Assembly: GCF_009914755.1 (NCBI RefSeq)
Contig: NC_060928.1
Source of the DNA: the human T2T-CHM13v2.0 reference genome, Homo sapiens
DNA: 64,000 nt
Reading direction: 5' to 3' (one strand)
The translations under genes were made by a program, and so were the position numbers. Positions within the stretch are counted from its first letter, which is position 1; every line of letters begins with the position of its first letter. Shown piece after piece: positions 13,675 through 26,708 of the stretch. Below the pieces are notes generated by a model, which saw only the letters and a list, made by a program, of their open reading frames with translations, was not told the DNA's origin and ran no database searches.

Positions 13675-14388
13675 GATATACCATTTCCCACCAGTCAGAA
13701 TGGCTGTTATTTAAAAGTCAGAAAGTAGATGCTGGCAGGGTTGCAAAGAAAAGAGAATACTTATACACTACTGGTGAGTATGAAAATTAGTTCAGCCATT
13801 GTGGAAAGCAATTTGACCATTTCTCAAAGATCTCAAAGCAGAACTACCATTTGACCCAGCAATACTATCATTGGCTATATACCCAAAGGGATATAAATTG
13901 TTCTACCATCAAGACCCATGCACGTGTATGTTCATTGCAGCACTATTCACAATAGCAAAAACAAGGAATCAACCTAAATGTTCATCACCAGTAGACTAGA
14001 TAAAGAAAATATGGTACACATTCACCATGGAGTACTATGCAGCCATAAAAAAGAATGAGATTGTATCCTTTGCAGGAACATGGATGGAGCTGGATGCCAT
14101 TATCCTAAGTGAACTAACACAGTAATAGAAAATCAAATACTGCATGTTGTCTTAAAAGTGGAAGCTGAAAGTTGAGTACATATGGACACAAAGAAGGGAA
14201 AAGACACCAGGGCCTGCTTGAGGGTTGAAAGAGGAAGGAGGGTGAGGATTGAGAAACTGTCTATCAGGTACTATGCTTATTAACTGGGTAGTGAAATAAT
14301 CTGTACATCAAACCCCTGTGACACATAATTTACCTATATAACAATCCTGCACATGTACCCTTGAACTTAAAATAAAACTTTAAAAAAG
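13675..14388 (+). mobile_element. L1 3' end (L1PA15-16/L1PB-like), 5'-truncated
   Basis: ccagtcagaatggct...ggaacatggatggagctgg...ctgcacatgtacccttgaacttaaaataaaa. Confidence 0.9.
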
Positions 14389-14705
14389 GCCAGACGTGGT
14401 GTCTCACATCTGTAATCCCAGCACTTTGGGAGGCCAAGGCGAGTGGATCATGAGGTCAGGAGTTTGAGACAAGCCTGGCCAAGGTTGTCAAACCCTATCT
14501 CTACTAAAAATACAGAAAATTAGCTGGGTGTGGTGGCGGGCGCCTGTAATCCTAGCTACCCGGGGGACTGAGGCAGAGAATTGCTTGAACCCGGGAGGCA
14601 GAGGTTGCAGTGAGTCGAGATCACGCCACTGCACTCCAGCCTGGGCGACAGAGCGAGACTCCATCTCAAATAAATAAATAAATAAATAAATAAAGTTAAA
14701 AAAAT
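14389..14705 (+). mobile_element. Alu (AluSg-like) with (AAAT)n tail, inserted at the L1 poly-A
   Basis: ggatcatgaggtcaggagttt (2-bp deletion), full dimer. Confidence 0.93.
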
Positions 14706-15192
14706 AAGTAAATGAATAAAGCACATTCCATCTCTTAGTATATTGGATTACACTAAAAATAATAAATGCATTTGATTTACACTAATATTGCTATAATTAC
14801 ATAGCATAGTACAGTATACTATGTATGGTATGCTACATTTTCCTTTTATTGGCATGTACCTGGTATTATAGTTTTCTGTTAGAAATCTTTGAAAAGGTAA
14901 AAGCGTTCACAAAATAAATAAAAGTTCATACGTATTTTTGAAAAAAAATTGCTTTTATACAAAAAGAAAGAAATACAAGACTGTGATTCTTTACCATTTT
15001 TTTTTAAAAAACGGTGCTGCTCAAAAAATTCAAGTCTCTATGTTCCATCAAGATTCATTTGCAGGTATAAGTGGAAAGAACAGGGTTTAAAAACACTAAA
15101 TACAGTTATGTATTTATCTTGGTGTTTAATATAATGTTCCTTCTTGGTGACATGTAAAATTAGAATTGTGAATTAGAAATATTTAAGGTGTT

Positions 15193-15490
15193 GGCTGGGC
15201 ACTGTGGCTCATGTCTGTAATCCCAGCACTTTGGGAGGCCGAGGCGGGCGGATTACTTGAGGTCAGGAATTTGAGACCAGCTCGGCCAACATGGTGAAAC
15301 CCCATCGCCACTAAAAACACGAAAATTAGCCAGGTATGCTGGTGGGCGCCTGTAATCCCTGCTACTCGGGAGGCTGAGGCAGGAGAATCGCTTGAACCCG
15401 GGGGTGCAGAAGTTGCAGTGAGCCGAGATTGCACCACTGCACTCCAGCCTGGGCGACAGAGTGAAACTGTGTCTCAAAAAAAAAAAAAAA
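15193..15490 (+). mobile_element. Alu (AluSx-like)
   Basis: Full dimer with A-tail. Confidence 0.95.
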
Positions 15491-16829
15491 TTTGAGTTGT
15501 TTTCTGGTGCCAAATAAAAAATACACTCAGAGGAGGCAAAAGATCAAAGGAATGCTGTTCTAATATTTATATTGAGATAAAAAGATTGCTTTATTCTTGT
15601 CCTTTCATCAAGTTGATAACAATAAAATTGGCATAATGAAAATATCTAGCTGCTAAGAGTTACTAGCATTTAAAGCTCTTTAATAATAAGACATATGCTA
15701 CTTGGAAAGCAGAAACCAGAGAACACTCCCAAATTAAATGTAAGTTACTGGCAATGTGTGAAATAAATTATTATACATAAGAATTATTTAAAAATAAAAG
15801 AATTGTATGATATTAAACAGAGTTAAGAAAGCTGACCTGAACATATAATTGTAGAACATGTTTTTCATCTATTGAGCATTAGAGTAAAATCTAGTTAACT
15901 CTATAAGAAGACCATGTGTATTTGCTTTTGAATTACTCTCTGATCAACTTGGTATTTTTTGATGCTAATACGACTGCACCAACATTTACCCTATCCGGCC
16001 TTAAACAAAACAGAAGACCCATGAGGATGAAACCCAAATTTTGCAAATGTTAAAGGAATAAAGCATCTGCAAAATATTTTACATAACCATCATAGAACAT
16101 ATCCCAGAAGGAATTGTTTGAAACTACAAGAAGGTTTGTTATTCATATCAAAATGAATAGCATAAAGTACATTTGGGAGAGTAGAACATACTGCATTCTA
16201 ATTCTTCTTGTATGCCCTAAATTTTCATCTGAAAAGGAAATACAGCTTTCATAGATCAGCTGCTGTTTTGGATCACTACATAATATTTCTATTTATAACA
16301 TGATATATTTACTTCACAGATCAAAGAGGTTAATTGCCTTATGAAAGTTATCATAAGATTATAAATGAGATGAAAAGCCTGGTCTTATAAATAACAGAGT
16401 GAAACCTCTTTCATTACATTCCCTCCTTTCTAAATAGAGGCTACTTTATATAGGTACATATAATCATCTAAAACTGTTGTGAACTGTTGTAATTTGTTAA
16501 CTGTAAATACACTATTTTCAGAAAGGATACATAAATTCAAAGCAAAAATTATTTATGCTTTCTTAAACTGTAGTTCAGTCTCTATTACTCTCAAACTAAA
16601 AATAGACAGATAAATACATAAATAATTAAATAAGTCTTTTTTGTTAGCCAGAAACGAAACTCTTTGCTCATTTACAGGGAAGTAATCTCAGGACTTATTT
16701 ACTTCTGCTATTTACATTTAATTTAATTTAACATACTGCTACAATGTTAATATGGGATATCATTTTAAAAATATAGCTCACAAGAGCTACCTTTTAATAG
16801 GGACATTTTACAATAATATAAATAGCTCT

Positions 16830-16945
16830 TATTAGACAATTTATAAAAAACGGAGGTTTAAGATGTTTGTAATTTACAAGTTTATAAATGAGCTGGGATT
16901 CAATTCAATATGTTTGATTCCACAGCCTCTGACCACTAACTTATA
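16830..16945 (+). mobile_element. MIR fragment
   Basis: gagctgggattcaattcaatatgtttgattccacagcctctgaccactaac. Confidence 0.45.
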
Positions 16946-18459
16946 AGTAAAGTATTAAATGACATTATTTACATGTAAAGTGAAACTGAATTCAATAGAC
17001 ATTGAGATCTTGAAATGTTTTTAAAAATTAGAAATATACGCAAATACATTGCTGTAAGGTATGGAACATAATTTATAGTCAAATATGGCATCATAAATAA
17101 TGTGATATAAATATATATATGCATATAAATGCATGCATTAAAGCCATTAAGTACATTTAAAGGACAGCATTTGAAATAGACTAATCAGCAGTCCACATTC
17201 TATTAATAACTACTTACTATATTAGACATTATAAATAGCAATCTACACTCCAGAAATAGCTATGTAAATAATTGAAATATTTCAAAGACTCCACAGAAAA
17301 CTCATCAATTAGCTTAAAGAATTGTAGACCTATTTTAATATTGAAATAAAGGATGGAATTCAATGCATGTTAAATTAAGTATGAATATGTTATACATATT
17401 TCGGCAAGCCCATTGTCCTATTGTCTTCAAATTAGTGTTATGCTCTAAGGCTCTAGTCTGATGCTATGCTCCTCTGTCTCCTTCACTATCCAAGGTCTAA
17501 ATTTCTTAGTTAACCAGAAGATTGGCTGATCTGTCTCAGGTTTACCTTTGCAAGCACCTCAGAGTTTATGTAGTATGTTTTGCATGCCTGAGAACTGGTA
17601 CTTTCCCTAACTACGAGAACAAGTTGTGTACTTGTATTTCCTCCATCTCCCTTTTTCTAATAAATGTTTGCATTACATTTGGCAGATTTTAATCTAAGAT
17701 TTCTGTTACGCTACACTCACTATCAGTGAGCAAAGTTGTAAGACAAAGTTATTCCAACTTCACTTAACTCTAATTGCTGGAGACTATTGTTATTTACCCA
17801 CAGAACTGATAATTACAAAAATTCCAAATCTATTTAAGTCAATTTGCAGGAAAAGTTAAAGAGAAATAAAAAATATATATATCTAGGGAAGCCTTGGGAA
17901 GCCTGAAGGAAGACATCAGAATCAATAGATAGCAGAGAAAACACAGAATAGCAAAAAACAAAAAAAATAGAATAGCAATAGGAGATAAATCAGGATACTT
18001 CATCCTGGAAAGTCAAATAAAGAGTTTGAAGGAAGACTGTGTTGTCAGTATATATATACCTGAGATATCTCTATTGTTGCACTTCCCAAATAAATAAACT
18101 TTTTTGAAACTTTATTTATCCTAACTAGGCTCCAAATTTATAAATGATAGGATTATAGTTTTTGATGCTTCATCTCTACCGACTGGAAATTACCCGGTGC
18201 ACAATTGACAATCACTAAATATTTATTGCCTTAACTGATGAGTAGGGAATGTTTGATGGTTTTTGAAATATTAATTGAAAGTTATGAAATATGTATAAAA
18301 AAGATGTTAAGGAAAATGTGATACTAAAGAGATGCTTGTTATTTGTTTTTTTAAATATATCTGCTTGTAAAAGAAAAAATTACAGAAAGTTAGCTTACAG
18401 ATGGTTAAAAACCAGTAAAGGACAGCTCAATTTTATGGAGGATACATGGCATGGGATAG

Positions 18460-18741
18460 CTTAACAGAATGCAGAAACAGATATAAGAATCCAGCTGTCT
18501 TCTATTAAGCCAGATTCAAAGAAATTTGCAAAAATATAAAACAATGTCACCCCCATTGTTTGTTATGTTTTAGAAAATATAATGCTTAATTAAAAAATAC
18601 CAATATGTTAACATGGAATCGATTTACTATTGCAATTTTTCAATGAATTAATAACTTATTTTAGAATCTGCTTTAATTTTAATTAAACATCACATAAACA
18701 GTTATTTGGGAATCATTAATAGTTTTTAAAAGTATAAACAG
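18460..18741 (+). mobile_element. Charlie1/Charlie1a hAT transposon 3' fragment (target of the HERV-L insertion)
   Basis: gaatgcagaaacagatataagaatccagctgtcttctattaagccagattcaaagaaatttgcaaaaatataaaacaatg. Confidence 0.7.
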
Positions 18742-19291
18742 TGTATTAGTTGGGGTTCCCTGGGGGACAGAATTAATATGTATTTATGTCATATAATACA
18801 TAAATATAAATATAATGTATATTTATATTATTTAATTTATTATATTACAATTATATATATTATTTAATATATTATTTTATATATAATACATATCTCATAT
18901 ATATATAAAGGGAAGTTTATTAAGTATTAACTTACATGACCACAATGTCCCACAATAACCTGTCTACAAGCTTGAGGAGCAAGGAGAGCCAGTCCAAGTC
19001 TCAAAACTGAAGAACTTGCAGTCCAATGTTTGAGGGCAGGAAGCATCCAGTATGGGAGAAAGACGTAGGCTGGGAGGCTAGGCCAGTCTCACCTTTTCAC
19101 GTTTTTCTGCCACCCTTATATTCACTGGCAGTTGATTAGATTGTGCCCACCAGGTTAAGGGTGGGTTTGTCTTCCCTAGCCTACTGACTCAAATGTGAAT
19201 CTCCTTTGGCAACACCCTTGCAGACACACCCAGGATAAATACTTTGCATCCTTCAATCCAATCAAATTGACACTTGGTATTAATCATCACA
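18742..19291 (-). mobile_element. MLT2A1-like 3' LTR, complete, with AT-rich expansion at 18775-18910
   Basis: TG...CA termini (tgtattag...catcaca); PPT-like aaggagtggact adjacent on the minus strand. Confidence 0.9.
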
Positions 19292-19633
19292 AGTCCACTC
19301 CTTGTCAACTTGAAACCATACACATCTCCTGAGATCATACATAATTTTCAAATAAAGACAACAATAGTCATAATTATGCCTAACATAATACAACTGTCCT
19401 TCTTACAACCAGGAACACACCGATCCCCAACCCAAATACTATTACATAAAGTTAACAATACTTAAATGCTCATATAAAGTCAATAAATCTTATGTCACAT
19501 GATAAAGGAAAAGGAAATAAAATGAAGATATTTTCTTAGTACAAGTGTAAACATGCACAAACATGTTTTTAACAAAAGAAGGAGGAAATACTCATGACAG
19601 TTACAGTCCTCGTTTCTGCAGCTGGTGACGTGG

Positions 19634-20110
19634 TCATAGCTGGTATTGATGACTACCTCCTTTTACTGCCCATTCTGTATTCCCTTTGCCTTCAGCAAGC
19701 ACCTCAGCAGGTCGTGATATTTTTTCTGGTGGAGTGATCCAAACCTTCATTCCTGAGGGGTCTGGCCCATTTGTAGTCCTGCCTGGATTGGACTGTTGTA
19801 CTTTCCCATTGATGTTAATCACAGGGCATGGTAATACTAAGAGATGTCCTAATGGATCTCCTGTATTCCATGCATACTCTTCCTTACCTCCATTATGGAG
19901 TAGTAGACTGATTTTATCTTGATAGTCCAGGTCAGTCACCTCAGCCAACTTTGTACCTCCTTTGTTAGCCTGTTGAATTAAAGGTAGAAGAAGCTAAAAG
20001 TGTCCAGGTGGCAATCTTAACTTCCGGTTTAATGAAATTGTAGTTGTGTCTCCTAGTTCCCCCTCCCTCTGGAACTAAGACCTCTATGCCAGCAGAATGT
20101 AATGTCGCAA
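19634..20110 (-). pseudogene. HERV-L dUTPase remnant
   Basis: DLDYQDKISLLLHNGG...GDPLGHLLVLP (ORF 19634..19948); N-terminal part (VLVPEGG) separated by a frameshift. Confidence 0.8.
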
Positions 20111-20879
20111 GAACAAGAAGCAAAAATGTTGCTAGTGGATCACTAGGGGTGATGGTGAGTGGTACCACTTCCACTTCCATCCCTTGATTTTTGGACCCAT
20201 AAATCCTGGCTATGAGAGAAACAGTACCATATATTGGATGCTGATCCAGAGCATACACGGCCTTCTGAAGAACTTTGCCCCAGCCCTGCGAAGTATTGCC
20301 ATTTAGTTGGCGTTGTAATTGTGACTGCAAAAGGCCATTCCACCATTCTATCAATCCATCTGCTTCAGGAGGATGGGGAACATAGTAAGACCAGTGAATT
20401 CTATGAGCATGAGCCCACTGCCACACTGCTTTAGTCGTAAAGTGAGTGCCTTGGTCAGAGGCAATGCTATATGGAATACCATGACATTGGATAAGGCATT
20501 TTGTGAGTCCACAGATGGTAGTCTTGGCAGAAGCATTGCATGCAGAATAGGCAAACCTATATCCAGAGTAAGTGTTTATTCCAGTGAGGACAAACCTCAG
20601 TCCTTTCAATGATTGAAGAGGTCCAGTATAATCAACCTGCCACCAGGTAGCTGGCTGATCACCCCAAGCAATAGTGCCATATTGAGGGCTTAGTGTTGGT
20701 CTCTGCTGCTGGCAAATTGGGCACTCAGCAGTGGCCATAGCCAGGTCAACCTTGGTGAGTGGAAGTCCATTTTTCTGAGCGCTTGCATAACCTCCATCCC
20801 TGCCACTATGGCCACTTTGTTCATGGGTACATTGGGCGAAGACAGGGGTGGCTGGGGAAAGAGGCTGAGTGGGGTCCAC
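19965..20879 (-). pseudogene. HERV-L integrase remnant
   Basis: HHCC (HEQSGH...CPIC) and DDE core (WQVDYTGPL...SDQGTHF...GLIEWWNGLL). Confidence 0.92.
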
Positions 20880-20896
20880 AGAATGGGTTGTCCTAT

Positions 20897-21300
20897 CTAC
20901 TCATTATTAAAATCCTTATCTGCTGAGGTCACCTGTTGGTGAGCACTCCCATGGGATACAAATATCTTCACAGTTTTTGACCACTCAGAGAGGTCCATGC
21001 ACATACCTCTTCCCCAAATTTCTTTGTCACCAATTTTCCAATTGTGCTTCTTCCAAGTCCCTGACCATCCAGCCAAATACTTGGCTACAGTCCATGAATC
21101 AGTATATAATTGCATATCTGGCCATTTTTTCTTCCATGCAAAGTGCACAACCACGTGCACTGCTCAAAGTCCTGCCCAATGGGAAGATTTCTCTTCACCA
21201 CTGTCCTTCAGGAATGTCCTAAAAAGGGGCTGTAGTGCTGCAGCTGTCCACTTTTGGGTGGTGCCTGCATATCCTGCAGAAACATCAGTGAATGAGCCCC
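20897..21300 (-). pseudogene. HERV-L RNase H remnant
   Basis: FTDVSAGYAG (from FTDGS) at about 21264-21292; YTDSW and HGSAHQ in ORF 20897..21160. Confidence 0.85.
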
Positions 21301-21399
21301 TAGTCTTCTCTTTCTCTGTCAGCTAATCCTAGGGAACTCCTCATGAGGCCATCAGCTGCAGGCTGGGCAACAGTAGGCAGGGTGGCAGGAGTGGAGACC

Positions 21400-22660
21400 A
21401 TGGGCATTTGAGCCACTTCCTTATGTAACTTACCTTTGCCTTCAGGACCTGCTCAAGCCTGATCAAGTATATACTACTTCCATTTGATGACGGGATGCTG
21501 CTATGCACAACCTACTTTATGGCTAGGTGGGTCAGAAAGCAACCAGTTAATGATAGGCAATTCAGGTCACTTGGCAACTTGATGACCCATAGTCAAATGT
21601 TCGGTTTCCACCAAAGCCCAGTAACAGGCCAAAAGCTGTCTCTCAAAAGGAAAGTAGTTATCTGCAGAAGATGGCAGGGCCTTGCTCCAAAATCCTAGAG
21701 CCTTCTGCTGTGATTCACTTATGGGAGCCTGCCAAAGGCTCCAAACTGCATCCCTATCCGCCACTGACACCTCAAGCACCATTGGATCTGCTGAGTCATA
21801 TGGCCCAAGTGGCAGAATATCTTGCACAGTAGCCTGGAACTGTTGCAGAGCCTTCTTCTGTTCTGGACCCCACTCAAAACTGGCAGCCTTTCAGGTCACT
21901 CAGTAAATGGGCTGGAGTAACACACCTATATGAGAAAAGTGTTGCCTCCAAAATCCAAATAGGCCCACTAGGGGTTCTACCTCTTTCTTAGTTGTAAGAG
22001 GGGCCAAATGCAGCAAATTATCTTTCACTTTAGAAGGAATAATTTGACAGGCCCCACACCACTGGACATCTAGAAATTTTACTGAGGTAGAAATTCCTTG
22101 AATTTTATTCAGATTTATTTCCCATCCTCTGGCATGCAAATGTCTCACCAATAAGTCCAGTGTGTTTGATACTTCTTTCTCACTGGATCCAAGCAGCATA
22201 ATGTCATCAATGTAATGGACCAGTGTGATATCTTGTGGAAGCGAAAAGCAATCAAGGTCTCTCCACATAAGATTATGACACAAAGTTGGAGAGTCGACAT
22301 ACCCCTGAGGTAGGACAATAAAGGTATATTGCTGGCCTTGCCAGCTGAAGGCAAATTGCTTCTGGTGGGTCTTATGGACAGGAATGGAGAAAAAGGCATT
22401 TGCCAAGTTAGTGGCCGCACAGCATGTACCAGGAGATACGTTAATTTGCCCAAGCAATGAAACCACATCTGGTACTGCAGCTGCAATTGGAGTCACCACT
22501 TGGATAAGCTTAAGATAATGCAGTGTCATTCTCCAAAATCCATCTGTCTTCTTCACAGGCCAAATGGGAGAGTTGAATGGGGATGTGGGGGGAACTGCCA
22601 CCCCTTCATCTTTCAAGTCCTTGATGGTGGCTCTAATCTCCACAATCACTCAAGAAATGT
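21400..22660 (-). pseudogene. HERV-L reverse transcriptase and connection domain remnant
   Basis: SPFNSPIWPVKK, NAFFSIP, LPQGY, YIDD in ORF 21900..22649; LGFWSKALP in ORF 21567..21827; stops and frameshifts between pieces. Confidence 0.93.
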
Positions 22661-22689
22661 GATTTTTTTTTTTGATTTTCTACTTTTCT

Positions 22690-23050
22690 AGGTAGAGGCA
22701 GCTCCGATGGCTTTCATTTGGCCTTTACCACCATAATAACCATAATCACCCTACCAGTCAGGGAGCCATCGTGGGGGGTTCTGCCAGTTGCTCTGTATGC
22801 CTATGCCAATTATACATTCTGGCACAGACCACAGGATGAGTCTGAGGACCAACTGGACCCACTGTAAGTTGGAATTGAACTTAATTAATCTCCATTAATT
22901 AGGTGACCACCCTAAGCCTCTACTTTAACTGGAGGACCACAATGACATTTTGGGTCCCCTAGAAACAACATTGTCTCAGAGCCAGTGTCCAGTAGTCCCT
23001 GAAAGGTCTGATTATTTCCCTATCCCCAGTGCACAGTTACCCTGGTAAAA
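22690..23050 (-). pseudogene. HERV-L aspartic protease remnant
   Basis: Minus strand at about 22975-22998 reads ggactactggacactggctctgag = GLLDTGSE. Confidence 0.8.
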
Positions 23051-24860
23051 GGCCAGAGGTATCCTTGGGGATGGATGGGAGAAAAATTAACTGCACAAAT
23101 TGTAGGTAATGTAGTGCGGTCCTTCCTCAAGGGGACCTGGCCTCCCCTTTATTCAAGGGGTTTTGGGTCTGTAAATTGGCTCAAGTCTGGAAATTGTTTG
23201 AGGGGCCAAGATTCTGTTTTTAGAATTCAAATTACTCTTTTGTCCATTCGACCAAGGATTTTTTTCCTTATATAAATTAAGTAGAAATTCAGTATGCTTT
23301 CTATCAACTTCACTTCTAGGAATACCATGATTAATTAGCCAATCCAGAGCTCTACATGACTCATAATATTCTGATCGCTGCTTTGTCTCTGCTGTCCATT
23401 ATGATAGCTACACCTACCTTGCCTTTGACAATTGAGTGCTACCACTTGGCCTCTGCCACCTTGGGATCAAATTATTCCCATTGTATTTAAATTTTGTAGT
23501 TGAGTGACTGTGGTTCCCACTGTTAGACCAGACATACAGAGAAGAGCAATTATAGGGCTCTTAAAAGATTCAGGTGCTGCCCTCACAAATCTATTTAGTA
23601 AGGCATTAGTCAAGGGTATACCTTCTGGGCCCTCCCAGCTGGGATGAGTAGGTCTAAAGTGACTAATCAACTCCGCTATCCCAATCTCCTTAAGCCTTTG
23701 GATCCCTTCCTCTACATTAAACCAAGGGAGATCCAACATTTCCAGCTCCCCCATGGTGGGCCATCTTTTAATCTACATTTCAGCTAACCAAACAAACTAT
23801 TAGAACTTTTTGGACTCCCTGATTTGCAACATTAAATGCAGAGTTTCTACTTAGTGGGTCCAAATGAATAAATGCAGCCTGATCAAACTCTGTGCCTTCC
23901 ACCATTATCCTATACCCTTAATATCCATTTCCATGCCTGTTCTCCAGATTTCTGTTTATATAAATTAGATAACTCGAGCAGTTCTTTTCAAGTGTTCTTT
24001 TCAAGTGTAATGTACCTCCTCATGGGTCACACTCTCAACCTTACCTCCAGGGACCCGCCAGGACTTTAGTCTAGTTATAGATCTAGAAGCAAACAGGGGC
24101 GTTGGGGGTGGCTCCTGAGGATAATCAATATTACTTTGCCTGTCAAAAGTCTCCCCTGCCTCAGGGGAGACCATCATTGTAGCCTCAGGCAATGAGGTAT
24201 TTATCTCCTCTGACAAAGGTGGAAAGGCTCATGGCAGCATGGGTCAGGGAGGGGATATTGCCACTATTGGGGATGGGGAAGCTGCTCCTTTTGGCAAAAA
24301 TGGTTCATCAGAGTTTACAAACTCTGTGTCTCCATCTGATGTCCCTTCTCTCACATGTCCCCATTCCAAGTTGCAGGGTCTCATTCTTTTCCAATCAATG
24401 AATCAATGTCTTCACTTTAACAGTAGACACCTGGCGAGGCTGTACATGCACCTTTCATTGCAGGTTAACCACTCACATGATAAGAGCTTATGTCTGTTTT
24501 TCGATAATTTCAGCTCTTTCTCTACAGGAGATAAGACTCTTACTCAGGGCAATCTTTGCAGATTTGAGGCTCAGTATGTGCTTCTGAAGCTGGGAGACAG
24601 AATCCCTGAGTTTATTATTTTCTTTCATCACTTTGCCCACTAAATTTAGGAGTAACCAACCAGCTTCATTATGTTCCTATGTTTATTATGTATAGAGTCA
24701 CTAAACTCCTTGCCTCTCATGAGTGGTGAATCAAGATTGTTGAATAAATTTATTTTGCATAACTCTTTAAACAGTTCATGCCAAGGACTATCAGTGTTCT
24801 CCATCCTTAGCATTTTACGTCTAATTATATTAAGCAGCCAACTCCAGAAACCCCAAAACC
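23050..24860 (-). pseudogene. HERV-L gag remnant (fragmented)
   Basis: ELEMLDLPWFNVEEGIQRLKEIG (ORF 23467..23754) and PQEPPPTPLFASRSITRLKS (ORF 24001..24216), between PBS and protease. Confidence 0.8.
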
Positions 24861-24898
24861 AACAAAAAAACCTCCAAACTTAATATTCTGTTCCTCCA

Positions 24899-24916
24899 GA
24901 ACCACTCCTGATACCA
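24899..24916 (-). promoter_or_regulatory. Primer binding site, tRNA-Leu type
   Basis: Minus strand tggtatcaggagtggttc, 5 nt inside the 5' LTR boundary; resembles the complement of the tRNA-Leu 3' end. Confidence 0.8.
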
Positions 24917-24921
24917 AAATC

Positions 24922-25252
24922 TGTATTAGTCAGGGTTCTCTAGAGGGACAGAACTAATAACATTTTTATATATATATATATATATATATATGAGAGCTTA
25001 TTAAGTATTACTTTACATGATCACAAAGTCCCACAGGAGGCTGTCTGCAAGCCCTAGGAGCAAGGAGAGTCAGTCCAAGTCTCAAAACTGAAGAACTTGG
25101 AGTCTGATGTTTGAGGGCAGGAAACATCCAGCATGGGAGAAAGATGTAGGCTGGGAGGCTAGGCCACTGTCACCTTTTCATGTTTTTCTGCCTGCTTTAT
25201 ATTTGCTGGCAGCTGATTAGATTGTGCCCACTGGATTAAGGATGGGTCTGCA
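24922..25252 (-). mobile_element. MLT2A1-like 5' LTR, distal U3 missing
   Basis: Aligns with 18742-19170, then homology stops after gatgggtctgc. Confidence 0.9.
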
Positions 25253-26391
25253 CTTAAGAGAAATGGAGCAGAGGGCTTTAGTTGGAGTTGCATTCTGGCT
25301 CCAGAAAAATAAGAAGCTCCCTTTTCCTGTATGTCACAAGAAATTGAGCTCAGGAGCAGCTCTTTCTTTGGGGAAAGGGAAAATCTCTCTTTCTAAACAA
25401 ACCTTTGTTAGGCAACTTGTGCTTTTGGTGTCACCTGGGGTCACTCCTGCTTGTCTCTCTTCATACACTTTGAAAATCACCTCTACAGCTTTAATGAGAA
25501 ACTAATGAGCATTGTATCTACGTTGTAGAGGAGAAGGGCTTTCGCAATGCATTGAGAGCCAGGATTTGGTTTTCATGTCAACTCCCTTTTCAGATATCCA
25601 ATGAGATAGCAGTCAGAAGTTATAACATTGGTTCATAAGTACATATTGCATTTATTTTATTTCTTCCCAAGTAGCTTCCTCCAGTGTTTCTGAGCAGTAC
25701 ATGGGCATCCAGAAATCTTCCTGCTACTTTGGTGTCTATTGGGGTACAGAAATCTCTGCAAGCCTGTTGAAAGTCTCTTTTGTCCAGATAGAGAATGGAG
25801 GAGCATTTTTCCCTCTCTGGGATTTTACCATCTCACAAGCTTCAACCTGGGAATCATAAGATCATGAGGGCTTTCTCCCTGGAACTTACCAGTGTTTTTC
25901 TCTCATCACTTCTTTCTGTTTACCAGTCTCCCACCACTGCCCCCTCCCCCAACTCACAAAAATCTACTTATTACAGAAAGAGTACATAAGAAAGACATAA
26001 AGTTGTTTATGATCTTTCCTCTATTGTTTTTACTTATGGATCTCAAATTCTGTCTTTTACCTAAAGCATGTTGTTTAGGTACGCAAAAGGGTGAAATTTG
26101 CATGGTTTCCTGAGGCAATGAGCCTTGGGCGGTTCAGTGCTTAAAAGGGATTAGAGACTGAATGGTGGAATGCAAGAAAAAATGTAATAAAAGACACTTT
26201 CATATTAATTCTTGGTGCGTGGCATTGCTTTATGCATTTTGTATTTATATTCATAGCAATGTAAATTTCCATGTAGAAACTTAATAAAAATATTTTATTT
26301 TTTTGATTACACTTAGGAGTTTGATTACACTTAGGAGAAAGAAAAACTTACAGAAATATAAAAAATACTATCATTAAAACAGTTTAGCACA

Positions 26392-26708
26392 GGCTTGGTG
26401 TAGTGTCTCATGCCTGTAATCCCAACACTTTGAGAGATCAAGGCAGGAGGATCACCTAGGTGGGAGGATCACATAAGGCCATAAGTTTGGGAGCAGCCTA
26501 GGCAACATAGAAAGACATTGTCTCGACAAAAACAAAAATAAATAGCATGGCAGGGCATGGTGGTATGTACCTGTAGTCCCAGCTGCTCGAGAGGCTAAGG
26601 TGGGAGGATTGCTTGAGCTCAGAAGATTGAGGCTACCATGAAATATGATCACACCACTGCATTCCAGCCTGGGTGACAGAGGGAGACCCTGTCTCTAAGT
26701 TAAAAAAA
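26392..26708 (+). mobile_element. Alu (AluJ-like) with a short internal duplication
   Basis: Dimeric Alu; aggcaggaggatcacct followed by aggtgggaggatcacat. Confidence 0.9.

Larger units (their letters stand above)
18742..25252 (-). mobile_element. HERV-L (ERVL) provirus, near full length, MLT2A1-type LTRs, no env
   Basis: Two homologous LTRs, tRNA-Leu-type PBS, PPT, and gag-pro-RT-RNaseH-IN-dUTPase order typical of ERV-L. Confidence 0.95.

Noticed and set aside
9938-14388. Minus-strand L1 5' part plus plus-strand L1 3' end as one twin-primed insertion
   Set aside because: The L1 coordinates are about 3 kb apart, and MIR-like and Alu sequence lies between them
17405-17430. Paired SOX-like motifs (cattgt, tattgt)
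   Set aside because: Short motifs expected by chance; no conservation data available
19292-19634. Possible env gene in the provirus
   Set aside because: Only about 340 bp lie between dUTPase and the 3' LTR; ERV-L lacks env
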